NCBI RefSeq assembly: GCF_009914755.1
Contig: NC_060937.1
DNA from: the human T2T-CHM13v2.0 reference genome, Homo sapiens
Length of the DNA stretch: 64,000 bases
Reading direction: 5' to 3' (one strand)
This document shows positions 43,471-58,053 of the stretch, in pieces. Below the pieces are notes generated by a model that was not told the DNA's origin, did no database searches, and saw nothing but the letters and a program-made list of their open reading frames with translations. The stretch's first letter is position 1, and every line of letters begins with the position of its first letter. A program made the translations under genes and the position numbers.

Positions 43471-46295
43471 ACCCAATTATGGTTGTATTCTTGGTGCTGT
43501 TACTGGTGTTACCCATCTAAGCAACCTTAAGTAACAACTGTAGATGGAAATCCAGTGGCACCGCGCACCTCAACCACAGTGCATTCGTGCACAACAGCAC
43601 TGTGGGACAAAGCTCCAAACAGGGAACTCGGCAATGATTACCTGACTGCTCCAGATCACAGAGTAGCCAGGGAAGAGCCGGGGACTCTGGGGAGTGCGCT
43701 GGCATCTGGCACCTGACACCTGGAGCCGTCCAGACCAGCTATTCCATCACCAGGTCATCTCCAAGTCCCTGGAGTTTCGGGGCAGCCTCTTTGCTGGGAT
43801 TATGCCACTGCCCACAACCTGTTTGCGTTTGAGCCAAGTTTGGAAACACATCTCTGTTCTTTAAACTCTGCAGTGTTTCATCCCCCTCCTACAGATACCA
43901 AAAGGAAAACCCACCAGGCTAAGTCTCATGTATCTGCAGAGTCCATTTAGGAAATGTCCAGCAGTCATCTGGGCTTAGCTGGCAGAAACTCAACACCAGC
44001 CTGAAGTAGTGTGGATTTTCGACTTGTGAGTCAATTGCTGCTTTCTGGGAAAGAGCAGATTAAGCAGGGATTTAAGGGATTGAAGCTGAAAATGGCTATT
44101 TGGTGATCTGGAGTTTTCTGAAAGGTTGATAAAATCTCAGAAGCTTTATCTTTCTGCAATTTGAGGGAGGTTATAAAAATGAATTTCCTGGAACTGGGCC
44201 CTTAAGCCATCCGTGAATGCTTCCATTGCCTGGGACTGCAGATAAGAGGCTGCAAGGCTGTGACTGTGGACCCTCGGGTCAAGACGCTTCTTGTGCTTTT
44301 GGTACAGAAACACCCCCAGCCGGTGCCGGTGACAGGCGGGTGGGTAGTTTTACCCTGGGGACCACTTCAGGTACTAAGGAACACTGGGGAAAATCAGAGA
44401 TGAGACAGGACTGACCCCCGACCCCGGCCTTCCCCCACCACCTTACGCTTTTTCATAAGCAAGTAATTTTTTTTAAATCCTGGACCAAAAACATGCATGG
44501 CTTTATGTGTGTAGGGAATTTGATTATCAATTCTAAAAAACTGATCATTCCAAAAATATCTAAATTAGGGTTAGCTTTTCAGAACAAAAGATGTCTAAGA
44601 TCATGATTTTTGTGTCACATTCTGGGTGGCCTAGCATTTTATGTAAATGGTTTTGTTAAAAAAAAAAAACAAAAAAACTAGCCTTTAGAATGACAAGAAT
44701 GACAAACAAATATCCTAAGATGTATGTTTACTTTGTTAAATAAAATCTATTTTAAAATATCACTATTCTGGTCCTTTCTGTCATATAAGGGCCCGTGCTG
44801 GGTTTCACCCTGGCATATGAAGGTATTTTAGCTGCAGTTCAATGGTTCACTGCTAAAAAGAAAAAAAAAATACAAAGGATGACCTGAGTACCCCCTTCAC
44901 TCAGGTGTAATGTATAAGCTTCAAATGATGAATTAAAAGTCAGGTAATGCAAGTCTTAATTCACTGTTGTAAATTACTGTGTTTAAAAGGGGTACATAAA
45001 TAATGCAGGTTACCCAGGTTCACAATTTCATTGGTGACCTGACATGTGAAAAGCTATGTCACCATTTCATCATTTCCTGAGGAAATACACCTTGCATCTG
45101 GACTCCCAGAAAAATCTAAAGCTATATGCAGACTGGTGGACTCCACCGGCTCCCTGCTGGCTGCATATCTGAGGGCCTTTATGAGGGCTCTGCATTCTCC
45201 CCGTGTCTGGATGACCCCACAGATAAGCTCCCATACCATCTGTTTCAGATTCTAGAATGGGAAGAACTGGTACATTCTGTGCGGTACTCATCCTCTTCCT
45301 GGTTTTCCCCTCATTGGTGTTCTAGGGTCAATGAGTTCCAAGTTCCTGGAGCAATGCCTGTGTTGTGCTCCTGTGAGGCACACACTTAACCCGAGTGGTC
45401 ATGAGGATGAAAGTGGGTCACGAAGGCAGTCTCCACTTGGAAGACGGGGAATATGGCTGGGAGTTCTCAAAGGAAAGAAAGGCGGGGGTCTCGGTCTCTC
45501 TTATAAAAGCAGACCAGCCATGGACAACAGCAACACAGGTACCCCAGACCAATGTGGAAAAAGAGGACCCTAGAAAGCTCTTGGGGTTGGGGGTGAATTT
45601 ATTATTTATACTCCTAAAACTGTAGACAAACTTAATGAAAACCAAGTCAGTTTTGAAAGTCCTTTTAGCCTCTTCCCCATAGACCATGTGGCCTACAGAG
45701 TATAATAAGTTGTCTCCAAATGGAAGCCGAACTGACTTAACTGTGTTTGAAACAGAAAAGAAAATAATAATAATAGTCCCCAGTGGACTCTGTCAGACAC
45801 ACACACGCACACATAACTTCAATAGCAGAGATCAGCTTTAAACGAAAACAAAAAATACAATATGAAAGGAATGCAAAAGGTCCTACAAAGTAATCCCTAA
45901 ACCAAATATCTTTTATATTCTCTAAAAGTCTCTTAAATTTTTCAGTATATGTTAAAATAATTAATACTGTGAAACTTTTCTTTCATGCTCCAATTAAGAT
46001 ATTCAGAGATCCACCATCAGTATTCACGTTATAAAGTATATTAAGTTCTTAAAATACACAAAGATTTTACAATACACAGTACGAGTGCCAAAGAAGAAAG
46101 GGGAGGAAGAGAAGTTAATGGTTTTAATAAGAAATAAAGCCTATTTCTGGTTTTCTCGCATCTACAGACCAAGAGGGCGCTCTTCTCAAGATTACAGTGA
46201 ATTCTATTCGAGAGGATGCAAAAAGAGGAAAGCTCACTCATTCTGTTTAGAGAATGCCTTTTTAACTGAACCGAAGAATACCAGCTGCTATGCTA

Positions 46296-46298
<3 letters not shown>

Positions 46299-46339
<41 letters not shown>
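46299..46339. repeat. (TG)~20 microsatellite
   Basis: Direct reading. Confidence 0.97.
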
Positions 46340-46340
<1 letters not shown>

Positions 46341-46871
46341 CAGAGAGAGAGGGAGGGAGGGAGGGAGGGGAGAAGGGTGCAGTGTTATACAGTTTAACTG
46401 GGACATGTCTTCTGATGAAGGCATATTTGGAATGAGTTAAACAGGATGAGGTCCTCAATTTTCTGATTTTTTTTCCTGCTTTTGATGGAAGATAGACCTT
46501 TAACATCGCAGCTTTCACAATTTTTATGTGTTTCACATCCCACCAAATAGGGACATGTGGAGATCTGCCAAGTCTAAACAGCTTATCTTTCAAATTCTTT
46601 CTCGCATTCCCTATGCTGTGCAAAAATGTCAAAATACTTTCCTGGTGATACTGCCGTCGAGGGCTCTTCCTGGTTGCAGCACTTCCTCGGGGAGTCTTTT
46701 AAATAATTCCCTACCCAACTAAATAAGCGTATGGAGGCAAGAGACTGTATCTTAGGGCTACTTGGGCAGAATTAAGAGTACGCAGCAAGCGCGGGCCCCA
46801 CACGCTCCCGGCGGGATTGCGAGCGGGACATTCCCAACCCTCTGGAAGGCGCTCAGCCGCCTCCGCTGTAG

Positions 46872-47289
<418 letters not shown>

Positions 47290-47596
47290 TCAATTCTATT
47301 ATTTTAAATTCCACTTCATTCACACACACAAAATGCTGGTGTGGTGAATAAAAGATAACCACACACAGATGCAGCAGGCACTCACACTTTTTTCGGATAG
47401 CGAAACCTCAAAGACTGCACGTGGAGAATGGACTTTCTAGCTTCTGTCCTGTTTGCCGCTGTGCTGCTTGTGTCACGCTTGTTTTAACCGCGGTGGCTGT
47501 GAGGCTCTGCAAAATGGCTCTCCCCAGCTCCATGGACCCCCAGGGCCCAAGAATGCCCTAAAAAAGAATCTTAAAACTTCTCCAGAGAGAGCACAC

Positions 47597-48245
47597 TCTG
47601 TATGATCCCATCATATTAAATTCAAGAACGGAGGCATCTGTCTATGGGGAAAAGAAGTCAGAATTGTGATGACCTTCTGCGGGGGTGTGGCAAAGGTAGG
47701 GACAAGGGAGGTTTCTGGGGTGCAGGAAACATTCTTTGCTTGTTGCGGGCGGTGACTACACGGGTGTATACGTCGGTAAAAACTCATCGAGCTGTGCACT
47801 TGTGATGTTTGCACTTTGTTGTATTTCAATAAAATTCGAGAAAAAGGGACGTGCTTAAGCCTGTTCACAGCAGCACTATCCACAATCGCCCCAGCTGGAA
47901 ACAGTTCAAGGGACTGAGAAACGATGGGGTATATTCACGGAAGGGAGTCCCCGGCCACACCAGGGCAGGCCAGCTACAGCACCCGCAGCAAGCTGAAGCA
48001 GGCACAAAAGAAGACAAACTGGGTGACTCCATTCCTGTAAAAGTCAAAGCCGAACAAGATGACGTTGGATCCTGGTTACTCGTGAGGGCTACTGACTAGA
48101 AGAGGACTCCAGGGACTTCGTGCCTTCTGGTAATGTTCTGGTCCATAGTCTGGGTTCACTGCTATGTTCACTTTGGGGAAAATGCACTGAGCTGTACCCT
48201 TCGCCTTTGATATGTTTCTGTAAGTTGATAAACTTCAATAAAATT
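47597..48245 (+). mobile_element. Two adjacent old L1 (L1ME-like) 3' end fragments
   Basis: gaagtcagaattgtgatgacc...aaaactcatcgagctgtgcact...tttcaataaaa, then tgttcacagcagcactat...actgagctgtac...acttcaataaaa. Confidence 0.6.
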
Positions 48246-50508
48246 AGCTCCCCAAAAAAGTGTCCATGGCATTTAAAAATTACTTAAAAAACAGTAAAAT
48301 ATAGGCCAAATGTTGTAGTACAAATAATGATTTCTTAAAAGCTTACATTTGCATAACATTTTTCAACTTCCAAAAATATACTTAGTATTGTGGTTTTAAA
48401 GGTAAAATTAACTTCTCTCCCTTATTCTCACAGAACTCAAAATCATTGTGCTTTCATCTGCATTTGTTTTATTATCATCATCATTTGTTTTGACTAATGT
48501 AAGATAGATGTGATCCCAAAGATGTGAAAATAATTATTCATCATTAACTCCCCTGAAAGGACAACTTAGGTAAATAAAATAATATTTCTGTTCCATTTAA
48601 TAATGGAAGACATAGAAACAAAACAGTCCCTACTACTGTTTAGAGTTACACAATATTTCTGCCCTAATTTGAAAACAACAAGAGTTGATACATTCTTGGC
48701 AAAAAAAAAAAAAAGCACAAAAAATGTGAGAAACAGTGAATTTCTAATATGTAACATGTCTCTCTCTGTGCTGTAGTATGACTAAGATTTGTACATGTGA
48801 GGTACATGCTCTATTCTGCTTCTCAATTAGAGACTGAGTTTGCAGGGCAGAAAGGCTCCCAAGAAACCACACGCCTTGAGGAAATGAGGGTGTTTTCTTG
48901 GCTTCTCTTAGGAACAACATGTGACTAAAGTTCTGGTCTCATTTTCCCTGTCATATAATTTTGTTGACTCATGTTTCACTTCTTTTCTTCCCTTTTTCCC
49001 ACTAAACGGGGGTGGACATTAAATGTTCCTGCTTGGGGAATAGGATGGCCTGGAGGGAATGACCATGAAGACCGGCACTTCACCTCCAGGTCATTGGTCT
49101 TTGTCCAGCTGCAAGCAGATGTGAGTATGATTAGTTGCCATGGGTCAGTGGTTCCTTGGATGGCTGTGTGTGAAATGAGTTGGTGGGCTTCGTGTGTGTC
49201 TGCTGGGACCCATGGGTGGAAACACTGTTGGGAGGCATGACCTGGGGCGAGCCTTCCCGTGCTTGTGAGTCACTGGCCTGACGCACTAGCACAGTGGGGC
49301 AAGGCCAGTGCGTCCCCAGCATCCGGGTCCCACGGATCCCCTCCCAAACCAAGTGTCAGCTCCAGGCAAATATGTAGACTTGAGAGACATTTCGTTCTCT
49401 CAATGAAACTCAAACTCCCTAATTCCAGAGAAGGAATCTCCCACCCATAGAGTTGTCACTCTTAGCTACTCTTCCCGGTTCCCCGGATTCTTTTCCCACC
49501 AGCCCTGCTCCCATCCTTTGTAACTTTCATCTTTAACCCCTTCATTCCACCAGTGCCTATTTTACAGGCACCCTTTGAAGAACAGCAAATTTTACCCAGA
49601 CAGGCACGAAAAAAGACGTTGGACTATTTCTTCCAGCTTTGGAGAACTGTGCGGCTTCCGGCTGTGCTGAAGGGCAGGGAGTTCTCCCAGCTATTCCCGG
49701 TTTTCATCTTCCATGGCCTACTCCTTCCACACCCTGGTGCCACCCTGGCCTGCACCGGCCATGTGGGCTTCTGCCTTCACTTTCAACATCTGACTCCCAA
49801 GCCCAGCCCACGCAAGACAGCCCCAAGGCCCCATGCCCAAGACTAGGGTGAGTGGGTGGGGCAGGGGAAGCACCAGCAGGCCTGTGCCAGGCACTCCTTC
49901 ACAGCTCCTGGCAGTGCCCAGTCATACTTATCTTTTTCTTAACAGGTGGTGAGATTCACTTCCCATCTACTGCACGCCTGCATGGGCCAGGCACCCCCCA
50001 GTGCTAAGAATACAGAGCTGAGTGTGTGAGCAAGCTGGATAAGGAAAGGTGAAATTACAATAAAACGTGGGCTGCAAGGGAGGTGAGCAGAGACTCACGG
50101 GCATGCCAGAGGGGGACTCGGGGACCCCCAAGGTAGGGCACACTTCAGCTGAGTTGCGAAAAGTCAGGGCTGTTCACCTAGGAAGAACCCAGGATGAGGG
50201 AAAGACGGCGAGAACAGGCTGCCAGACAGGCACAGGTGCAAGCCGGTACAGAATTAAGACAGCACATTCCTGAGGCAGACAGGAGTTTAACTTTTCAGAT
50301 CTTGGCCGCACAGCCTGAGAGCATAAAGACCTTGAACCCACACCTGACTTACAGCAGAGGCACAGTCTTCTCCGCCTTAATTCTCCTTAGTCCCAGTAAC
50401 ACTGACTCTGATAAAGGAGTCTATAATTGCTGTCTGAAAAGTGATAGCACATTTACGGGAAGACTTACAGAAATTCCAACAACTGGGCATAAGTGTCTTC
50501 TTTATTAA

Positions 50509-50866
<358 letters not shown>

Positions 50867-50904
50867 TAATAACATTTAATTTTAAAGCATGTTTCTACAC
50901 ATAG

Positions 50905-52572
50905 TTATATGTGTATATGTATTATATATGTATAATTATACGTATATGTATTATATATACGTATAATTATACGTATATTATATATACGTATAATTATACG
51001 TATATATGTATTATATACGTATAATTATACGTATATATGTATTATATATGTATAATTGTATATATTATATATACAATTATATACAAAATGTATATATGTA
51101 TATATACATATAATATGTATATATACATATAATTATATGTATATATACATATAATATGTATATATACATATAATTATATGTATATATACATATAATATGT
51201 ATATATACATATAATTATATGTATATATGTATTATACATATAATTATAAGTATGTATGTATTATACATATAATTATATGTATGTATCATATAAACATATA
51301 ATTATAAGTATGTATTACATATACAGATAACTATAAGTACGTATGTATTACATATACAGATAACTATAAGTACGTATGTATTACATATACAGATAACTAT
51401 AAGTACGTATGTATTACATATACAGATAACTATAAGTACGTATGTATTACATATACAGATAACTATAAGTACGTATGTATTACATATACAGATAACTATA
51501 AGTACGTATGTATTACATATACAGATAACTATAAGTACGTATGTATTACATATACAGATAACTATAAGTACGTATGTATTACATATACAGATAACTATAA
51601 GTACGTATGTATTACATATACAGATAACTATAAGTACGTATGTATTACATATACAGATAACTATAAGTACGTATGTATTACATATACATATAACTATATG
51701 TACGTATGTATTATATATACATGTAACTATATGTACGTATGTATTATATATACATGTAACTATATGTACGTATTATATATACATGTAACTATATGTATGT
51801 ATGTATTATATATACATATAACTATATGTATGTATGTATTATATATACATATAATTAGGTATATATACATATAATTAGGTATATATACATATAATTATAT
51901 GTATTACATATACATATAATTATATGTATTACATATACATATAATTATATGTATTACATATACATATAATTATATGTATTACATATACATATAATTATAT
52001 GTATTACATATACATATAATTATATGTATTACATATACATATAATTATATGTATTACATATACATATAATTATATGTATTACATATACATATAATTATAT
52101 GTATTACATATACATATAATTATATGTATTACATATACATATAATTATATGTATTACATATACATATAATTATATGTATTACATATACATATAATTATAC
52201 GTATTACATATACATATAATTATAAGTATATATGTATTACATATACATATAATTATACGTATGTATGTATTACATATGCATATAATTATACATATGTATG
52301 TATTACATATACTTATAATTATATGTGTATGTATGTATTACATATACGTATAATTATATGTGTATGTATGTATTACATACACATATAATTATACGTATGT
52401 ATTACATATACGTATAATTATACGTATGTATGTATTACATATACATATAATTATACATATGTATGTATTATATATACGTATAATTATACGTATATATGTA
52501 TAATTATACATATGTATGTATTATATATACGTATAATTATACGTATATATGTATGTGTGTGTGTATATATAT
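50905..52572. repeat. AT-rich compound minisatellite (33-bp and 25-bp sub-arrays)
   Basis: 11 copies of tatgtattacatatacagataactataagtacg (cagat every 33 bp from 51324 to 51654); ~12 copies of gtattacatatacatataattatat (51901-52200); diverged flanking units. Confidence 0.97.
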
Positions 52573-52649
52573 AAAGTATAATGTGCTGTCTTCATGCCCA
52601 TCAACATGATTAATTGGAGTAGGAGAAGGTTTGTAAAAGAAATGCGCTA

Positions 52650-52757
52650 CAGGTTGAATATTCCTAACCCCAAAATCCAAAATACAAAATGCTCCAAAAT
52701 ATAAAACTTTTTGAGCGCCAACATGATACCACACATGGAAAACTCCATGCCCTCTGA
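52650..52757 (+). mobile_element. Tigger4/MER46-like 5' fragment
   Basis: ta|caggttgaatattcctaa....aaaatccaaaat.caaaatgctccaaaat...aaactttttgagcgccaacatga. Confidence 0.75.
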
Positions 52758-52823
52758 CCCCACCCACAACCTTTACTGCACTCAGCCTTCAGAAGAACTC
52801 CCAACTGGGTCTAGGTTTGAAAC

Positions 52824-52884
52824 CAGAGGATCACTTAGCTCCTAACAGAGGATCACTTAGCTCCTATCAGAGGATGACTTAGCC
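52824..52884. repeat. 22-bp tandem repeat, ~2.7 copies
   Basis: cagaggat(c/g)acttagc at 52824, 52846 and 52868. Confidence 0.9.
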
Positions 52885-54219
52885 AACAGCTGCTGTCTAT
52901 CCCTCTGTGGTCCAGGAAGTGCACTGCATATTGTCACATTAAGCGAGAAATTCCAAACAAATGGTCTAGCTTAATGCCATGATCCATAGGTTTACTGGAC
53001 GGCTAGCAAGAGGGAGTATGCAGATAGTTTTCCCATCAACAGAACTCTCTTTGAAGCATATCATGAGGGCTCCGTTTGCCTCTGGGAAGTGATACACAGC
53101 ACAGAAGCGGGAGGGTGGCTTTGCTCTGAGGAAGACACAGCAGCGCCCATGTTCTATTTATCCCACTGCGTTCCACCAGCTGACCCTTTAAGGAGCCCTA
53201 CAGTTTGTAACATACTTTAAAAGGAAACATGAAAAGCCTAAGTGACTAGTGAAATATTTCAAGCATGACGGACATGCAACTCAAAAACAGAGTTTAGTAA
53301 AACCAGTGGTGGCAGTATGACCACTTTTTTTCCTTAAACAATTAAATATTTTAAATCATTGCTGATTTTGTGCTCATCTTCTCCCCCAGAATAGCGACAT
53401 CACTAATCTCTTCCAGTGGAGATTTGGAATGTAACCCAAATTATATGACCTCCTGCCATTCTCTGTGTGTCCCCATCCTAAAAAGATAAATTCCTCTTCT
53501 AAAAAGCAGACTTAGGTAAGCCCTCCTTTTCCACAGAACTGGGGAATATGCAACTGAACAGGCCTGCTACTCTTACTCACTTGGTAGCAATTTAATGAGC
53601 ACTTACTATGTGCTTGCCACTGTACTTGCAATCTGGAGGGTGAAGGATGACTTAGACATGAGCTGTGTTCTCAAGGAGCTTGCTGGTTAAGAGGAGAGAA
53701 GCTGTGGCCCCTACCACGCTAAGCCCATTACAAGGAAGGTGGCTGGACAAGCCAGCAGGAGCACACTTCCCTCGGAGGAGGTCTGTGTGCCAGCAGAACA
53801 GCCCAGGTGTCGGCTTCAGCCCTGCACAGGGCTGCCTGAAGGCCAGAGTGCTGCAAGGACACTGGTGGGGCAGCTGCCTGTGCCCACAAAAGGCCAAGTG
53901 TTTTCCACCTCATTTTCTAGCAGGCCTTGGGTAGGGTCTAAAAGTTTAGAGATGAGGGAGACCTATCCCATTCGCTGGATTTTGGTGGCATTCATCTGTG
54001 AGACTTGTGTCAAGTGTATTAGCATGAGGAGGGAAGGGAAATGAGGAGACTTGCAAGGACGTCCTTGCCCTTGGGGATGGGAGCTAGAGCAGGGCAGCCG
54101 CAAGAAGGCGGGAGAAGAGTGCAAGGGAGGGAGGCAGGTCATGGCTCAAGGACCAATTCAGTGTCATGAGGGGAAGACAGGAGGTTTCCCAATGAAAGAA
54201 CGGTGATTCCACCAGGAAC

Positions 54220-55390
54220 AGGGGGAAAGGAGGGAAAGGAAGGGAAGGGGGCAGGCAGGAAGGGAGCGGGCAGGCAGGCAGGAAGGGAAGGGGGCAGGCA
54301 GGAAGGGAGGGGGCAGGCAGGCAGGAAGGGAAGGGGGAAGGCAGGAAGGGAGGAGGAAGGCAGGAAGGGAGGGGGAAGGCAGGAAGGGAAGGGGGAAGGC
54401 AGGAAGGGAGGGGGAAGGCAGGAAGGGAGGGGGCAGGCAGGCAGGAAGGGAAGGGGGCAGGCAGGAAGGGAGGGGGCAGGCAGGCAGGAAGGGAAGGGGG
54501 CAGGCAGGAAGGGAGGGGGCAGGCAGGCAGGAAGGGAAGGGGGCAGGCAGGAAGGGAGGGGGCAGGCAGGCAGGAAGGGAAGGGGGAAGGCAGGAAGGGA
54601 GGAGGAAGGCAGGAAGGGAGGGGGAAGGCAGGAAGGGAAGGGGGAAGGCAGGAAGGGAGGGGGAAGGCAGGAAGGGAGGGGGCAGGCAGGAAGGGAAGGG
54701 GGAAGGCAGGAAGGGAGGGGGCAGGCAGGAAGGGAAGGGGGAAGGCAGGAAGGGAGGGGGAAGGCAGGAAGGGAGGGGGCAGGCAGGAAGGGAAGGGGGA
54801 AGGCAGGAAGGGAGGGGAAAGGCAGGAAGGGAGGGGGAAGGCAGGAAGGGAAGGGGGAAGGCAGGAAGGGAGGGGGAAGGCAGGAAGGGAAGGGGGAAGG
54901 CAGGAAGGGAGGGGAAAGGCAGGAAGGGAGGGGGAAGGCAGGAAGGGAAGGGGGAAGGCAGGAAGGGAGGGGAAAGGCAGGAAGGGAGGGGGAAGGCAGG
55001 AAGGGAAGGGGGAAGGCAGGAAGGGAGGGGGAAGGCAGGAAGGGAGGGGGAAGGCAGGAAGGGAGGGGGAAGGCAGGAAGGGAAGGGGGAAGGCAGGAAG
55101 GGAGGGGAAAGGCAGGAAGGGAGGGGGAAGGCAGGAAGGGAAGGGGGAAGGCAGGAAGGGAGGGGGAAGGCAGGAAGGGAGGGGGAAGGCAGGAAGGGAG
55201 GGGGAAGGCAGGAAGGGAGGGGGAAGGCAGGAAGGGAAGGGGGAAGGCAGGAAGGGAGGGGGAAGGCAGGAAGGGAGGGGGAAGGCAGGAAGGGAAGGGG
55301 GAAGGCAGGAAGGGAGGGGGAAGGCAGGAAGGGAGGGGGGAAGGCAGGAAGGGAGGGGGAAGGCAGGAAGGGAGGGGGAAGGAGGCAAAG
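54220..55390. repeat. Purine-rich minisatellite, unit ~19-20 bp GGCAGGAAGGGA(A)GGGGGAA
   Basis: About 1.17 kb with essentially no T on the + strand. Confidence 0.97.
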
Positions 55391-57627
55391 GAAAGAAAAG
55401 ACTGTGACTGACCTTATCTTATGACAGGAGAAGGTAATAGGTCTCATTTTCTTAGCTGGTAATTCTACTGTCAATTAGACAAATTTTATGTGAAGATTTT
55501 TATTCTACAAATCACGCTGTATATCTCATGTTCTTCTTATCTATTAAATCATACCTAACTGTTTTAAAATCTTACCTAACATTTCAGCCTCCTCCCCATG
55601 AAATCTCCGGCTAGAGACAAGACACCTATATAATGTTTAAGATGTTCAAGAGTTGTCCTGGGCCCCAAGCGACAGGGTGAATAGGGCGTGGTTTCTACCT
55701 TCGGGCATATTCTAGTCCGGGGGGAAAAACACATCAAAAAAACTAAATGACTCCACAGGATGATTGCAACAAACCTACAAGATGCTGGAGAAGGAAAAAT
55801 GGTTTTGGACGAGGATGATACTCGGGAGGAAGAGGTGAAGACAGCAGAGGAGGATGGCCACTTGCTGAGTGGTGCTGCCCTGTCAGGAACCAGCAGGCAC
55901 TGTGAACGTGCATCCTCGAGGGAGCAGGTGAACTGGACCTCAGAGCCCAGAACCACAGGGAGGATGTCAGTGCCCGGGAAAGCAAAGGAGGAAATTCCAG
56001 AAAGAGAAAGCAAGGGAACCAAATATGGAAATGAGAACGTGCACAGGGAGTTTGAAGAACATTGGGAAGTTTAAAGAGGGTTGAAGCCCTGGTGTATTTA
56101 CAGGTGCAACTGGAAATGCGGAGGTCGGCCATGGGGTGAGGGGTTTGCATCCACTTTAACCCAGCTACACTCTATTCGTGCCCCAGACCGGCAGCGGGGG
56201 GGTCTATCCGATACTTTCAGCAACAAGGATAGCAAATAGATATTCTTTCCTGTGGGATAGGATCTAACCACGCACTCACTATGCATTCAACAAATGCATT
56301 CTATTGATTAATTTAATATTACTTCCATTTCACAGAGGGACTATTAAATAGTCTCTATGATAGCAATCATAGCTGTTCATCTCTTTTGTCAGACACCAGA
56401 CATGTCTTTAAAAAAATCTTCATGTTTAGACTAATCCCAGCCAGCCAGAATGAAACTAAAGTGTAGTTTTCATAACTGCACTCACTTGCAAAGCCACTTT
56501 TCAAAAATAAATGGAAGAATTTATACTACTTATAAAAGATAGATTCTGAAATGCTGCTGCACAGTTCCCAAAACCCAAAGAAATCACTCTTGAAAACATC
56601 ACCTTCTAAGGATAATATTATCTGATTTGTATCTTTAAAACCAGGTTTGAAAACTCAAACATAATGTAAATAGAAACTGCACATAACAAACCCTACAGAA
56701 TAACGAACATGTGGAAGAGATCCTGCGGCAAACCTTCTCTGCATTTGACAAGTGGTCAGAGATCCATCTGGGAGACTTCCATGCGACATCCTTCCAAGGC
56801 CATGAGCAAATGTGAGCACAACAGCAACTAAAACTCTCCATAAGAATATGGAAGATAACGGCTGGTAAACCAAAAATGCTACTCTGCAAACCGTAAGTGC
56901 TACTTCCAAAGGACCTACCTAAAAGCACAAGTACATTTGTGGTTAAAGAAGAAAAACTGAGGTATACCACAGAGAAAAGTTGAACTTTTGCTGGTCAAAG
57001 CCATGGTCTCTCAATGACATACACTGGTATTTGAACAGTGGCAGAGGGTGCCAAGAGCTATCTCTCCAGGACCCTGTGAGACACTGTGGTTAACTGTACA
57101 AGGTCAGTGCATGTTGAGGCCTCCTTTCCAAACCACACTTCCCCACTATAACCCTGAGAGGGGAGTCTCACTCTTAAGACATGAAAAAAGAGAATACATA
57201 AATAGAGTTTACCAGCAACTCTTGAAGCCAAATGGTCTAATTAATTGACAAGCGTAATGCTATGTAGCTATTGAAATGTGCTACAACTTCAGGAACTCTT
57301 GCCTTTTCCAAAGGAACCTAAGAAGAATATTTAGCAGCCTTAAACCATTCATAATTTATTATAAAAATAAATAAGAAATACATAAAATATGGAAAATATA
57401 ATTCATTCCATGTCCCTGGTCCTTCCATTTGAATGAGTAATACACAAATAGCCCTCGTTTCTTTCTTTTCTCACTGACATTCATTGAATACTTATTTTCC
57501 CATTGCCTACAGTGCATACAATACAACAAGGCTATGAGATTTGTAGAAATAGAAATATGGTTCCTAAAGACAAAGAACTTGTATTAAGCATGTTAACATC
57601 CAGAAAATTCTAGAAAACCTTTTGCTA

Positions 57628-58053
<426 letters not shown>

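Noticed and set aside
51310-52200. Regular 33-bp and 25-bp repeats superficially resembling a CRISPR array
   Set aside because: Head-to-tail units with no unique spacers, no cas genes, and a eukaryotic intronic context.
54084-55474. Three ORFs of 402-436 aa (PSLPAFPL- and GREGGRQE-rich)
   Set aside because: They are translations of the purine-rich minisatellite, which cannot form stop codons in those frames; not collagen and not a gene.
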